From Callorhinchus milii (lineage: Eukaryota), in contig NW_024704745.1 in NCBI RefSeq assembly GCF_018977255.1, forward strand, positions 51,522,001 through 51,586,000: a DNA stretch of 64,000 nt. Direction: 5' to 3'. Shown piece by piece: positions 25,089 through 37,462 of this stretch; position 1 is the stretch's first letter, and every line of letters begins with the position of its first letter. The position numbers were made by a program, and so were the translations under genes. The notes beneath the pieces are model-generated. The model saw only the letters and a list, made by a program, of their open reading frames with translations. It did no database searches and had not been told where the DNA came from.

Positions 25089-26647
25089 CCCCCTTCTACC
25101 ATCCTGGTAGTTGCATGCTGAAACAATTGAGATGTTGATAGCAATTAATTCTGTATGGATTAGTCTACCATCACAGTTGAAAGTTTTGGGAACCTTAGAT
25201 CCAAAGTTGCCTAGTTCTTCCAAGCTTACCACAATTCCAAGCGTACTACATTGTTCTCCAAGTAGACCGTTACCTTATCAACAAACTTTTGGAGGTTTGA
25301 ACGTGCAACCTAATGATTCTAAGTCCAGCTTTGCAAATCTTGATTGGCTTCTTTTCAAAAAGAAAGGAAGAATATAATTGTTGCTGTATTTCAACTCAGA
25401 ACAAATCCAGCTAGAATTACATCTCTGGCTAAGAAAAAGTTCCCCTAAAAAATTCATAACCTATTTTTAGCAATTCAGTACTGAGGAAAACATACAAGAA
25501 GCTAACAACATTTTATTTTGACAAATGGCCTTATATTGTGCATATTGTGTACAAAATGTAAAGAGGCAAATAACTGGTATGACAGAATGTGTAAATAATT
25601 TAAAATAGCAAAGCAGCGGGATATTAATATAGGTTTACACAGTGATTCCACACACAGTTATTTATACCAGACACAGTAGAGTATCACTGCAGCTGACCTT
25701 TGGGGGGGTTGGGGGGGGGTCACCCTCACATATACTTTTGTCTTGTCAAGGAAGTGACTTTGTACTCCATTTATTTTAATTGTAGTGTTGCACAGCTGGC
25801 AGCATGTGGAGCCAAATATCAGTTGTGTATGATGCAGAACAACTGTTCACTGTGATATGGGAGAGATCCATCAGTACAAAGGGGATAATCTGGTTACCTT
25901 CATATGAGATGGGTGTGGTTTATACTGATTCGGAAAAGATGATCAGTTTGTAATTCAGCAAGTTCTGACCCAGATCTGACTTCAGAAAAGCACCAGTAAA
26001 CTGTGTAAAAAATGCAACATAAAATCCAGTGGCAATGCCTTTCAGCAAAGTATAAATAGTAAGTAAGTCAAAGTGACAGTTCAGACACTCACAGTATATT
26101 CAACCAACCAAATTATGTATATATAGGAACAGGAGTAGGCCGTTTAGCTCCTCGAGCCTGCTCCACAAATCTATAAGATCATGGCTGAAGGCATCAAGGT
26201 TGCTGAGAGCACAGATGGTGCCCAGATCTCCGTTTTGTCAATTCACATCATTCCAAAACAAACGTTATAACAAATTTATTCTGTGAATCACTTTGAGATG
26301 TCTCAAGAATGTGATGAGATGCTATATCAGATGTAAGCTTTACTAGTATAATGATAAATGGAAACTCATAGGTTAACAGTCAGATACACCAATTAAATCA
26401 TACTCAAGAAAGAAAGAGTGAGAGTTCAGTAATCACCAGTATTGATCATGGCTGTTACTTGTTCTCAAAAGATGAAAGCATTTACATTGTGACCAAGAGT
26501 TGAGACATACAGGCAACTGTATTTTGATTTTGAGATTATAAACAGCATTGTTACATCTAAAGCTGCATCCTTCTCCACCCCAGATATTATTCTTTTCTTG
26601 TCATAATCTCTGGCTTCATTGTTTGATATCAGGTATAAGTGGCAAAA

Positions 26648-26785
26648 GGCAAAATACTACAGCTGCTGGAAATCTGAAATAAAAACAGAAGTCGCTGGGA
26701 ACACACAGCAGGTCAGGCAGTATCTATAGAGAGAGAAGAAAGTGAATTAACATTTCAGGTCGACGATCTTTCGTCAGAACTAAAG
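26648..26785 (-). mobile_element. Penelope-like element pLTR fragment with minimal hammerhead core
   Basis: Minus strand agtt-CTGACGA-aagatcgtcgacct-GAAA-tgttaatt followed by ctgcctgacctgctg...ttcagatttccagcagctgtagtatttt; homologous to the 47.1-47.4 kb element. Confidence 0.65.
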
Positions 26786-26799
26786 GGACACTTGCCCTA

Positions 26800-27100
26800 C
26801 AACAACAACAACAACTTGCATTTATATAGTAGTGCCATTTCATGTCAGGAGGACATCCCAAGGCGCTGGACAGTCGAGGGATTGCACTCGAACTGCGGAG
26901 TAGGATTTGAGAGGGGTGATGTGGGAAGATGACCGAAGGCATGGTCAAAGAAGAAGGTCCTGCGATAGACCTTGAAGGAGACCAAGGGGTGAGGCAGAGG
27001 ACCACTGCGATGGAATTCCAGAAAGTAGGGGGCAGAAAGGCTGACGGCCCAACCACCAATGGTGGGGCAGGCAGGAGTTGAAGGGATGTGAGTGAATGGC
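26800..27100 (-). mobile_element. L2 LINE 3' fragment
   Basis: (CAA)n tail plus 3' stem-loop; minus strand encodes a decayed PTFWNSI end of ORF2. Confidence 0.8.
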
Positions 27101-30100
27101 TCAAGTGAAAGATATTATTATGCTTAGGGTTAGGGTTCCACAGAGAACCCCGACAAATAAAGTTGTTTTAAGGTAAGCAAAGCTCTAAAAATAACATTAA
27201 AAACTTGGGTAGTAATCCTCTTCATATAAGTAATGAGTAACAGTACTTTTGCCTGCAAAATATAATTACACATTTTACAGTATACAATATTTTGGGAAGC
27301 GCTTTAAGACACACTTTCAATATGAAAAGTGCGATAATTGTTACAATTATTATTGTTACTATTTGATTCTAGAGTTAATTTCACCTTAAAACAATACAAC
27401 TACTGCAGTATGACATTCTGGAAATTAAATATGTGCAAAATTAGATGGAGCTCTTCAAGAATTAAAGTAGTATTATAAAACCATTAATTATGATGATTAA
27501 TGAATGGTTAATTATTAACCATTTAATTAATGGTTAATTAATTAGTTAAGGGGGCAAAATATAGGACGGGGCAGCGCAAAACCTGGGCCTTTGTTTCAAA
27601 TCAGGGCCAGACTAATGGTATAAAATTCTTCTCTTTCTGATATTTCCAATGAATCAAAGTCAAATGAGTTTTGACAACCCCATCCAAGGTATCAGTGAGC
27701 CACAGCATAAACTGTCCATTGTTAGACATGAATTGATACTGGATTAGCAATCTCATTCAGAGCAAACTTAAATTGGGAAAAAGAAAAACTCAAGGTCTGC
27801 TCTTCTGAGGTTGGAGTACATTAGGGTTAATCTTATGCTGATCATTAACAACAGCAATCTATTTGTTCTTCTTTATATTGGGATTTCTTATGATAAAGAT
27901 TTACCAAATATATTCTCTATTTGCATGAAAATCACCATTGATGGGTAAAGGGAGCTTCACTCTAGTGAAGATCTTAATGCTTAAATTAAACTTAAAAAGG
28001 TTAGAAAATATTCCCCATTCCACCAGCACCAGCAGCACCAGCTTTCCAAAACCCTTACCCACAATTAAATGAAAAACCAACATTCAAAAAATAATTTCAC
28101 AATGCTCAAGTGAATATTTAATGCATATTGACTACTTCTATTACAGCATCACAAACATGTAGATTTACAGTATTTTCACGTGCACCGTATTAGACCATGT
28201 TAACTGTAGGAGTTAAAACCCTTTGTTGCCATCCTGTTTTCCAGGGGTGGGTATGGCAACTCACTCACCTGCTGACTCAACAGTTTCCACTTCCTTGTTT
28301 TTTCTTACTTGGCTCACGGCAAACTCTGAAGAGAAATTCTGCATGTCTGTGGCTTCTGGTTCAATGGAATCTCTGTCCGTATTTAAACCTTTACAAAAAC
28401 AAGATATACGTTAGTGTGTGCCCAGTACATTCCAGCATTAAAGGATTGCGAATGTTAAACAGGAAACTCCCAGGTTCAGTCTGCTGACTTAACTGATCCC
28501 ATTGGGCAATAGTGGAACATTACAATTAGCCTCAGAACCTTTGGGCCACGGAGGTTTCATGGGAAATCAATCGCTTCTACATAGTATTTCCCCAGAAAGC
28601 AGGAGTATGTAGATGTTATGGAAGGAAATAATCAGGTTTCCTTGTCATATTCCTCACAATTGAACACTTTTAAACTCACTATCTAGGCTCACACATGAGG
28701 CTACTGGAATGAGACTTAGAGGCAACCAATGCTAGCAGAAGCACACATAATAATAATAACAATAATATAAGGTGAAATAGGAGTTAATTAGTGAAAAACA
28801 CCTGGAATCACCATAAATTTCTGAAGACATTTTCATTTTCTCTTAACTGCTCTACGAAACAGAAAGTTCAGTAAAGTTTTTTGATATTTGGCCACAGTGA
28901 AATCTGGCCAAATATCAAAAAACAATTATATTTATATATTTAACACCTGCCAACTATGAACTTGCTAAACCTGGAGGACTCCATCTTAAACTATTTGAAG
29001 AAAGGATTTCTAAGTAAATAATCAGCAATTTTATTTCCTAATAATTAATTCTAAACTCTAAATGCAAATCAGTATAAGGAAAAAAGTATTTGGAAGCTGT
29101 TTCTCTAATTACCTCTATTCCACACAGGTTTCATACATTAGGAGTTTTCATACTTTGGGCAAGGTCAATATCTTTGCAATAGGAATATACAGGACCGGAA
29201 AAACAGAAAAGACCGTCAAGGTCATCTGTATGGTTAAATATGTGGTTAAATACATACAAAAATAAAACAAGAAGGTTTCTTAATGGCTCACTGGGTAAAT
29301 GGATGCCTTGAACTGCACACACTAGAAAGGTCCCAAGTTCTTTCTCTCTCTGGTTTGCACCGAGTTAACTGAGCTGGGCAGCAGGTGGCGATAATATAAT
29401 TGGCTTTGGTGCCTCCGGGTTAGGGAGCAGAAAAAATAGGATAGAGCCTCTATGTTTACATTCTATCAAACATAACTATGCCCCAACACTTGTTAATACC
29501 GTAACCTTGATACCAAATTAATTGAAAGCAACAGATCATTCCCAGTTAATGGTTCTCAAAGTTATCTCTAGTTGATTTCAATTTTCTCTGCTCTTTCTAA
29601 GAATAGTGCACCTGAAATTTTACCAAGGGCCAAACAAATTTTTTGTCAATTCTTGCATCGCTTCTTCCGCTGTCACACGGCTGGATACTTTAACAACAAC
29701 ATTTTCCAGGATAACAGTAACACCTGAAATAAATCCTTTGACTGCTAGACAACACATACACATATTTTCTTAGTGAATATCTCCATGCTCTCATAATAAT
29801 AATTCTTGCATTTGATCTAGTTATTACACCCTTATTACATCCTCTCACTTGCGAGGCGAGTGCTTTAACCAATTTGCTGTAGAACTCTACATTTCTCAAA
29901 ATAACAGGTAAGCACAATAATAGCCCTTGGAACTAGAAGGTTCCTGGTTCAAACCCCAGTGGGTCCATTCAGCTATTCACCTGATTGCGATCAATAAATG
30001 AGAAGTATGTCTAAAAATATCCTCCTAAGAGGAGAGGCAAACAGAAATCTCTCGAGCTAAATTGGCTCTAAATCTCAGCAATCTAAGGTAGATTTAGAAA

Positions 30101-32541
30101 GTGAAACTATGCAAGTTTTTATGATTAACTGGAAGGAAGAGAAAAATATTTTTTCTCTAGATTGTAAATATTTTGCATCATCATACATGCACTGAATGTG
30201 GCAGACCTCCTGGGAAATGTAGTTAATAAAAAAATTTTCAAATGGTAGAAATATAAGCAGACATATTTTTTGCAATTTTCTCCCCTCTTCTGAAAATGTG
30301 GAAGTCAACTCATTTCAAATGTAAAGCCAAGTCCAATCCTATTGTCGCCTAATGCTCATGCATATTCACTTTCCAGCAGGAATACCAAGGAATATTAGTT
30401 TAGTAACCAAAGGAATACCAAAGGAATACCAGGAGTAGAAACCTACCTTATTTGTGCCCTCTTTAGCTCAGGGCATTGAAGCCAATTATAGTGCCCTGCT
30501 TCCCTGGTTAAAATGAACAAACTTGGCACAAGAATGGTCTGAATTATTCATTTTCACACCGAGTAGTGGCTTTACCAACCTTGTCATAGGGAAGGCTTAA
30601 AAAAAGGTTTGAGTATGCATAACCCAGCTCTTCACGTTGAGGGACATTGTTTTGGACTGAGAATCAGATGACAGAATAAGAGTGAGTCTCTTTGATTTCC
30701 TTGTTGTTTGTAAACACCGTGTACTGCACAAACTCTGAGCATGTTAAACTGGACAGGCAGCTTTGAATTCTAACCCGATAGATTGACATCTGGTGAGGTT
30801 TCCATTCTAGTTTCTGTCAGATTTCTTTCTCCAGACATCTCTTTTTTCATACCTCCCGATGGATCCAAAGTAATTGCGAGACCATCAGGAACAATCTTTG
30901 GCACCTCCTGATGTGCTGGTACTGGAACTGAATGCGTCAAAGTAACAAGGTTTAGTTTTGTGTAAAGAAACATTGTTAAAACATGTCAAATTACATATAC
31001 AATGTTTGTTTTGAGCTCAAGACCCAAGGTGGAGCCTGAATCCGCAACCCTCTGATCAAGAAACAAAAGTGCTACCAACTTTTACTAGCTGTCAGTGGAA
31101 GGCTTCATCTGTGCCACTGTATCTAAAATCGAAACGGTGTTACTTCTTGGAAATGGCTTGAGAATCTGCAGCAATCAGATACTATTCCTATTACAGTATT
31201 TGGCATGAATGCCCATCTCTCTCTATAGCATTGATTACTGTATTCTCTCAGATCTGTCCTAGAAACAACCAGGCCAGAAATATGCATTCATGTGCAATTT
31301 TGTTCACGTTTTCACCTTCTGGCTCCTAAATATTCCGAATTTAGCGATGTGAGCAGTTAAAACAGTAGGATTGTTTAGTCAGAAAAGTGGAATATAAATC
31401 CAGGACATTTATTCCATGACTTTAGCTTTAAGTTTTCTCATGTAGATTTCTGGCTGTGAGCTTTGCCTGGTGGGGGTGTGAGGAGGTGATCCCACACCTG
31501 AGAGTTGAGGTCTATGATGAGGCAGCTGTCAGTTTGCTGACAAAACAGATATGTTTTGTCGGGGGGATTGATTGTTACCCTCCGCAGAGGCCACATGCCG
31601 CATCATGCTGCCTTTAACATTACAGAACTGCAGGGACAGATAGCCAAGAGCTCTCTTCTAAATGCAGCTGCTGCTTTTACATTAAGCCACCTTGTTCCCA
31701 TTCCCAGTTTCATCACTATTATTTTAGATAGTAGCAATCAGGAAAACAAGGCTCTAAAAAAAACAATGACATAGGTTTCGTGCATTGCGACCTTTTGCTC
31801 TGGCATTGTCTCTTTCCCTGCCAGCAATGGAGCTCCTTGTGGAAGCAACAGGAAATTCAACTCTTATTGGACTTTTAGTGTCAGGACATTTGGCAGCTGA
31901 TAAGGACAATTTCAAGCATGGGATCATTTACAATCTGAAAACTATGTGGACATGGTAAATGTTAGCTACACCTTGATTCTAAGCTGGGCTTTTAGTATCC
32001 AAATGTCTCCATAACATCAAAGGGGTGTTTCTGTATTTAAGACTGAGCCCTTTCTTCCAGCTGTGTGGACACAGAACTGGGTTGAAGGGGAATCACTCAC
32101 AGGCAGCACTCACAACACAGTACCAACCACAAGAACTTTTAATTCTTCTAATCTTTTTGGAGATTTGAGAAAGGTTATTACAAAGTCTGTTGTTATTACA
32201 AAGGTCACCCCCTTTCCCCTCCCTTCTTCCCCCCTGACTCCAGCTCGGGTCTGAAATGCTGTACACTGTCCAGCACCTTGGGAAGTCCTCCCAACGTGAA
32301 AGGTGCTATACAAATTTAATCTTGTTGTTGTTATTCCATCAGCACTGAGTAAATGTACATAGCTATGATTGTTTGGTTAAATAATTCTGCTTCTGATACA
32401 ATGTTACTTTGTTACTAAACTAATATTTGCTACTTACTGAAAGCGATGTCTTTGAAGGCTGACATGAAATTATATTAAATTATTAAAAGTTATGTTGTTT
32501 CCCTAAGCGGGAAGATTGTGTCATTGGAGAGAAGATGCACT

Positions 32542-32859
32542 TAATAATAATAATAATCCTTGCATTTGATATAGCGCCTTTCACGTCTTCTAGACATCCC
32601 AAAGCGCTTCACAGAATATACAGTAAAGTGAATTGACTGTATATTTGTGGGCAAATGCGGCAGCCAATTGCGCACAGCAATGTCGCACAAACAGTCATGG
32701 ATTGAAAATGACCAATTTATTATTGTTTTTGTTTTGGAGGGATTATTATTAGGCGTGTGGAGTAAGGAAACTTGCCCAAGGTTTTGCCCTGCCTGGAACT
32801 GAACTCGGGTCTCTCACTTGCAAAGCGAGTGCTCTAACCACTGAGCTACAGGACTCCAC
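32542..32859 (-). mobile_element. tRNA-derived SINE, short subfamily
   Basis: Full-length reverse-complement copy, highly similar to 19017-19341. Confidence 0.93.
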
Positions 32860-32910
32860 GAGGATTTTGGCAGTCTGTGGTGTGAGATAGTGGCAGAGCC
32901 AGGCGATGTT

Positions 32911-33234
32911 AATAATAATAATAACCCTTGCATTTGTATAGCGCTTTTCACGTCGGGAGGACGTCCCAAAGCGCTTCGCAGAACACATTGTAAAGTGAAT
33001 TGACTGTATATTTGTGGGCGAACGAGGCAACCAATTGGGCACAGCAATGTCCCACAAACAGTCATATGGATTGAAAATGACCAATTTTTTTTATTATTGT
33101 TTTTGGTTTTGGAGGGATTATTATTAGGCGTGTGGAGTAAGGAAACTTGCCCAAGGTTTCGCCCTGTCTGGAATTGAACTCAGGTCTCTCACTTGCAAAG
33201 CGAGTGCTCTAACCACTAAGCTATAGGACTCCAC
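32911..33234 (-). mobile_element. tRNA-derived SINE, short subfamily (tandem partner)
   Basis: Full-length copy in the same orientation, 51 bp from the previous one. Confidence 0.93.
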
Positions 33235-34240
33235 TATTTGTGGTGGAAAAGTACAATAAAATGTTAACAATGCATTTTAATGTTTAAGAACTTGATATTT
33301 CTACATATAAGAACCTTTTAGTACGTAGTCACAAAAACGCCATCATATTTGTTTACCTTTAATGAATTTACAAATAAAAAATATTTGTGAAGACATTCTT
33401 AGGGAGATACTGCATCAATCATTGTATCATTATATGACTGACCAAGGCCATGAATCCCCTGAAATTTTTTTAAAAATTGCAGATTATGTTCTTATTGGAA
33501 CAACTGGTTGACATGTATTTAGTTGTCCTCTTGCAGTAATGCATCAATGGTGGAAAATGGCATGAGGTGTAAGATTGTTGAAGGGATCAGTAAAAAAAAC
33601 TCTCTGATAATTTCAGTGAAAGTGCCTTAAAAAACACTGCTGTCAAGGCTTCACTGCCTTTAAACAAGGCCCAGAAATGTAGCAAGAGTTTGGATAGAAA
33701 GTCTTGACTCAGATGTCGCAATGACCGCTGGTGATTGGTATCTGCTCATGACTGCTAACAATTCAAGAGCAGATTAATGGACAGCCATCAGGACAGAGAA
33801 ACTCTCCCACAGAATACCTTAATCGATGACCCATCTTCAGGCAAGGCTGCAATCAGAAAGATCTCAATAAATAGAAGGGAAAAAAATGACTGTAAAGATT
33901 TTTAAAAATATTTTACTTTGGTCACAGTTGTGGTTGTTATATTTATTTTATTTTAGTTGGTTAGGGTTATACTTGAAATGTGTAGTTTTAAGCTGTGAGC
34001 TTAAAATGACCAGAAGCAGTCAACCCACAAAGCAGCTATCTCTTTGAACAATGGCACTCACTGAGCTTTATCTAGTCGGGCACACTATTGATTTGTTTAC
34101 TTTGATTATTAAAATTATCACAAAAATAACGATAAGTCACAAATGGATAAATATTTTTGATTATGTTGACCAAAGTGGAGCAAAACAAATGATTGCCATC
34201 GTATCTGAGCCAGTTACATTTTTGTTTCTGCCTCCAGTAC

Positions 34241-34396
34241 CTATTCCTTTTCGCCCTCATCTTCAGCAACAGGCTCTGGGACACTGTTTAACTTCATCTC
34301 CAGTTTGTACAACTGCTGCAGCTCGTCATGGAGTTCACTCTCCAACTCTCGGTTATCTTTCAAAAATTCTTTGAATCTTCTCAAACAGTTTAAATC
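34241..34396 (-). CDS. CXorf38: CXorf38 homologue exon 6 (ends in TAG, directly followed by a GT donor)
   Basis: cttttgaag| DLNCLRRFKEFLKDNRELESELHDELQQLYKLEMKLNSVPEPVAEDEGEKE*; resembles human KEFLRNNEDL. Confidence 0.8.
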   Translation of the reverse strand, partial: DLNCLRRFKEFLKDNRELESELHDELQQLYKLEMKLNSVPEPVAEDEGEKE

Positions 34397-34954
34397 CTTC
34401 AAAAGAGAAAGATAATTTAAAGATGATTTATAATGATAAAATAATAATCCTTGCATTTGATATACTACCTGACCACATTGTTGAGACGTCTCAAAGTATG
34501 TCACAATATACTGTAAAATTAATTGACTGTACATGTTCTGAGCGAAATGCAGCAATCAATTGCGCACAGCAACTGTAATTGTGATTATAATTATAAGGGA
34601 GTGTATATCATTTGCTAAAAGGCATGAAAACAGGAAAGGTGATGAATAGCACTCCCTGGCACCTTATTAAATTGAGCACTGCCAAGCACCCACCCTTCTA
34701 GCTGCTGGCACTAAACTAAGCAGATTAAAAAAAAGTTGAAAATGATTTAAAATACATAGGGAATACCAATCCAAATACCCTTGGAAAAAAATAAGATTCG
34801 AAAAGAAACTTTTGTATTAAGTTAAGAATATTTTTTGTAGATCTGAGCTTATCTGCTCTGCAACCTGTAGTTTAAAAAAATATATTTTCTAACAATAGCA
34901 ACAACCTTGCTGGGCAGCTTCTTTACAACAGGGAGTGTGCAAATGCTGTTGTAC

Positions 34955-35131
34955 CTGTTCCTGTAATTCCTTTTGTTCTTCTAGTATGAAACACAGTTCC
35001 TGCAGTTTTTCTCTAACTAGTCTCAGTTCAACATTGTGGATCTCCTCAGCATTCAGCTCTTCATCCGACGCATGGGCATCATCAACCATATCCATTCCTG
35101 ATATTTGAACTTTCCAGCTGGATGATATAAT
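34955..35131 (-). CDS. CXorf38: CXorf38 homologue exon 5
   Basis: caatag| IISSSWKVQISGMDMVDD...EIHNVELRLVREKLQELCFILEEQKELQEQ |gtacaa, 177 nt; resembles human LLTSDWAVHI...EMQLLKEKLQE. Confidence 0.85.
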
Positions 35132-36061
35132 CTATTGGTCCAACAACACAGGAAGACTATGTTTAGTCACATTACTGAAACATGCTCCAATAAAGTATTG
35201 TAATTAACCCTTAATATTAGTTATTAACACACTACAGTCAACTCTCTTGTATCACTTTAGCACAGGAAGTTTCTGAAAGCAGCCAGTCTATCTGTTCTCT
35301 CTGCAGAAATTATCGTTGGAGTGGATTGATTTAGATCAGGTAAGAAATCAAGTATTTGATTGTGTAGATGTCAAATTAGGACAGCATGTGATTGAGCTCT
35401 GATGCCTTCCACCTATGGTTGAATATGTTGCCAGTCACTGTCTAAGATCACACTTAAACAATTGCCACTAACATGCATAGGCACAACATTTCACCTAATC
35501 TTAGCCATTAAGACCATTTTTTCTTAAAATTGATAATCATAAGAAATTGTGATAAATTTTGTACTGCAGTCTTAATTTAGTGGCCAGTTACTTTTAAGAA
35601 CTACCAAAACCAGATGCCTTAAACTTTAAGAATTTAGTCTACTTCAGTCTAAAAATGTTTTAAATTTAAGAATTTAGTTTTAAAGGATTTTAAGCCTTAA
35701 GTACCTATCTCAGAGGCAGGAAAACTACAGAAAAAGAGACTATATTTGTGAGAATTCAGAACAGAATATTATCATAATAATAATCCTTGCATTTGATATA
35801 GTGCCTTATTGAGACGTCTCAAAGTGCTTCACAGAATATACTGTAAAGTGAATTGACTGTATATATTTTATGGGCGAAATAATATTGTATTATTAATGGT
35901 ATAGTAGTGAAAGATTGTTGCATACATACACAAGTCCATATCAGCAAAGACTTCATATAACACAACAATAACGTGAGAACATGTATTTGTGAGCTTGGCA
36001 TTAGTGTCATAAAACCCACAGTGTACACGTGACTCAGAGCTCATTATTACCTCCAGAACTG

Positions 36062-36405
36062 AAAGGGCAGCCCAGTCATGGGGGGCAAATAATCCAAAGC
36101 CAAAATGGTAGGATGGTCCTAGCTGGACAAGCAGTGGGAAAGCTTGCCAGATAGTGGTTTTAGCTGGTTAGACTCCAGCGACCACTCTGAGTCCCCAAGC
36201 CTTGGCTCCTGCCAACGTGCACCTAATACTTTCCAGGATTAGGCAAGCAGGATGAGGGAGAGATCCAGGGAGAGAGTGCACATTCCATTCCAACAATCTG
36301 TCTCCGCAATTTCCATGTGTGGGAGGGATGCATAGAATTCTGTTTGGTTTGGATTCTCTTAAGCATGGTGATGGGTTTCGGGATGTGTCGGATACCGAGC
36401 TGACC
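36062..36405 (-). mobile_element. Interspersed repeat, possibly the 5' region of an RTE-clade LINE
   Basis: GC-richer block with a sharp end at a poly-A run; part of it recurs at 41626-41733; clade call rests on recalled similarity only. Confidence 0.4.
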
Positions 36406-36597
36406 AAAAAAAAAAGTTTGTTTCTATGATCTGTAGCTTTTATAAAAACGATGTCCCAAATGTCTAAAGTGAAAATAGTTCTGAGGCGAAGAAATCAATA
36501 CCTGTTATGAAGGCATCAATTAAATATCTGTTTTAAGGAGGAGACATTCCAAGATAGTACAAATTCATCACAAAATATTTATCTTATAAGCAGTTAC

Positions 36598-36747
36598 CTT
36601 TTGTATTATTTTGCTTGTTGTTTTTGTTTCAGCAACGTGTTGAAATTCCTGTAGAAGGTCAAGAATTTTCTGCACGCTGTTATCTAACCATTCGACAGAC
36701 ACACTCATTTCAGTGGAATGCATCAACTCATTACGACATTTAATTAC
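36598..36747 (-). CDS. CXorf38: CXorf38 homologue exon 4
   Basis: ctttcag| VIKCRNELMHSTEMSVSVEWLDNSVQKILDLLQEFQHVAETKTTSKIIQK |gtaact, 150 nt; human VIKCRNEIMHSSEMKVS. Confidence 0.92.
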
Positions 36748-37339
36748 CTGAAAGCAAGCATGACCGTGGCTCAGTATAGATCCAACATTCATCATATTTA
36801 TACTTGACAGAAAATACCAACTACTGTAAACAAAACATTTTCTATTAAGACAGTCATTTTATGCTGGATCTAAAATTGGGTGATTAGTTCATTTGAAGCC
36901 TTGGATAGGTCGTAAGGGAACGGGCTGATAAGTGGAATGTTATTCAGTGTAGAAAAATGCATAGAAAGAATACTGTATGAACTTACTGTAGGTGGTTGGA
37001 AGATAATTTTTATATAGAGTTGCTGGAACGTGAAATACTTTATCACAAATAGATGAAAGTGGATGCGTAGCATTACTTAAAAGGGATAGATAATTAGAGG
37101 AAATATAATATTAAAGGATGTGAGAAAAGTGTAAAGGAATTAGTTTAGGCTAGATAGCTCCAGCGGAGTAGTTAGAACCAGGAACATTATACAATGGGCT
37201 GATAGTTTCCTTCTGTGCCTTAAATTTTAATGATTCTATGGTCACAAGTAATTCAAAGAAAAAAGAAAAAATGAATCCGAAAGGTAAAACATTAACTACA
37301 GTTTTCTTTCTTACCCATACTTTGCAATGTGTTTACTAC

Positions 37340-37462
37340 CTCAATTAGTTTTCGACGTTCAACAAAGCTGAAGTGATCGCAGAAATTAATGAGATTTAAA
37401 AGAGCTGCAACATCACAATTTTCTGGTCCTTGTTTATTCATCTGCCCACGAGGCATATAGAC
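37340..37462 (-). CDS. CXorf38: CXorf38 homologue exon 3
   Basis: ttctgtag| [41 protein letters not shown] |gtagta, 123 nt; human [31 protein letters not shown]. Confidence 0.92.

Noticed and set aside
27124-27136. TTAGGG repeats (also ~38971 and ~33960)
   Set aside because: Only about two units, too short to call an interstitial telomere.
27481-27548. Nested AT-rich palindromes
   Set aside because: Low complexity, most simply slippage or foldback noise.
31380-33860. Possible decayed DNA-transposase remnants at ~31.4-31.9 kb and ~33.4-33.9 kb
   Set aside because: No convincing catalytic motifs or terminal repeats could be read.
5080-34200. MPC1L, which lies between ATP6AP2 and CXorf38 in human
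   Set aside because: No MPC1-like peptide seen; it is a mammalian retrogene, so absence is expected.
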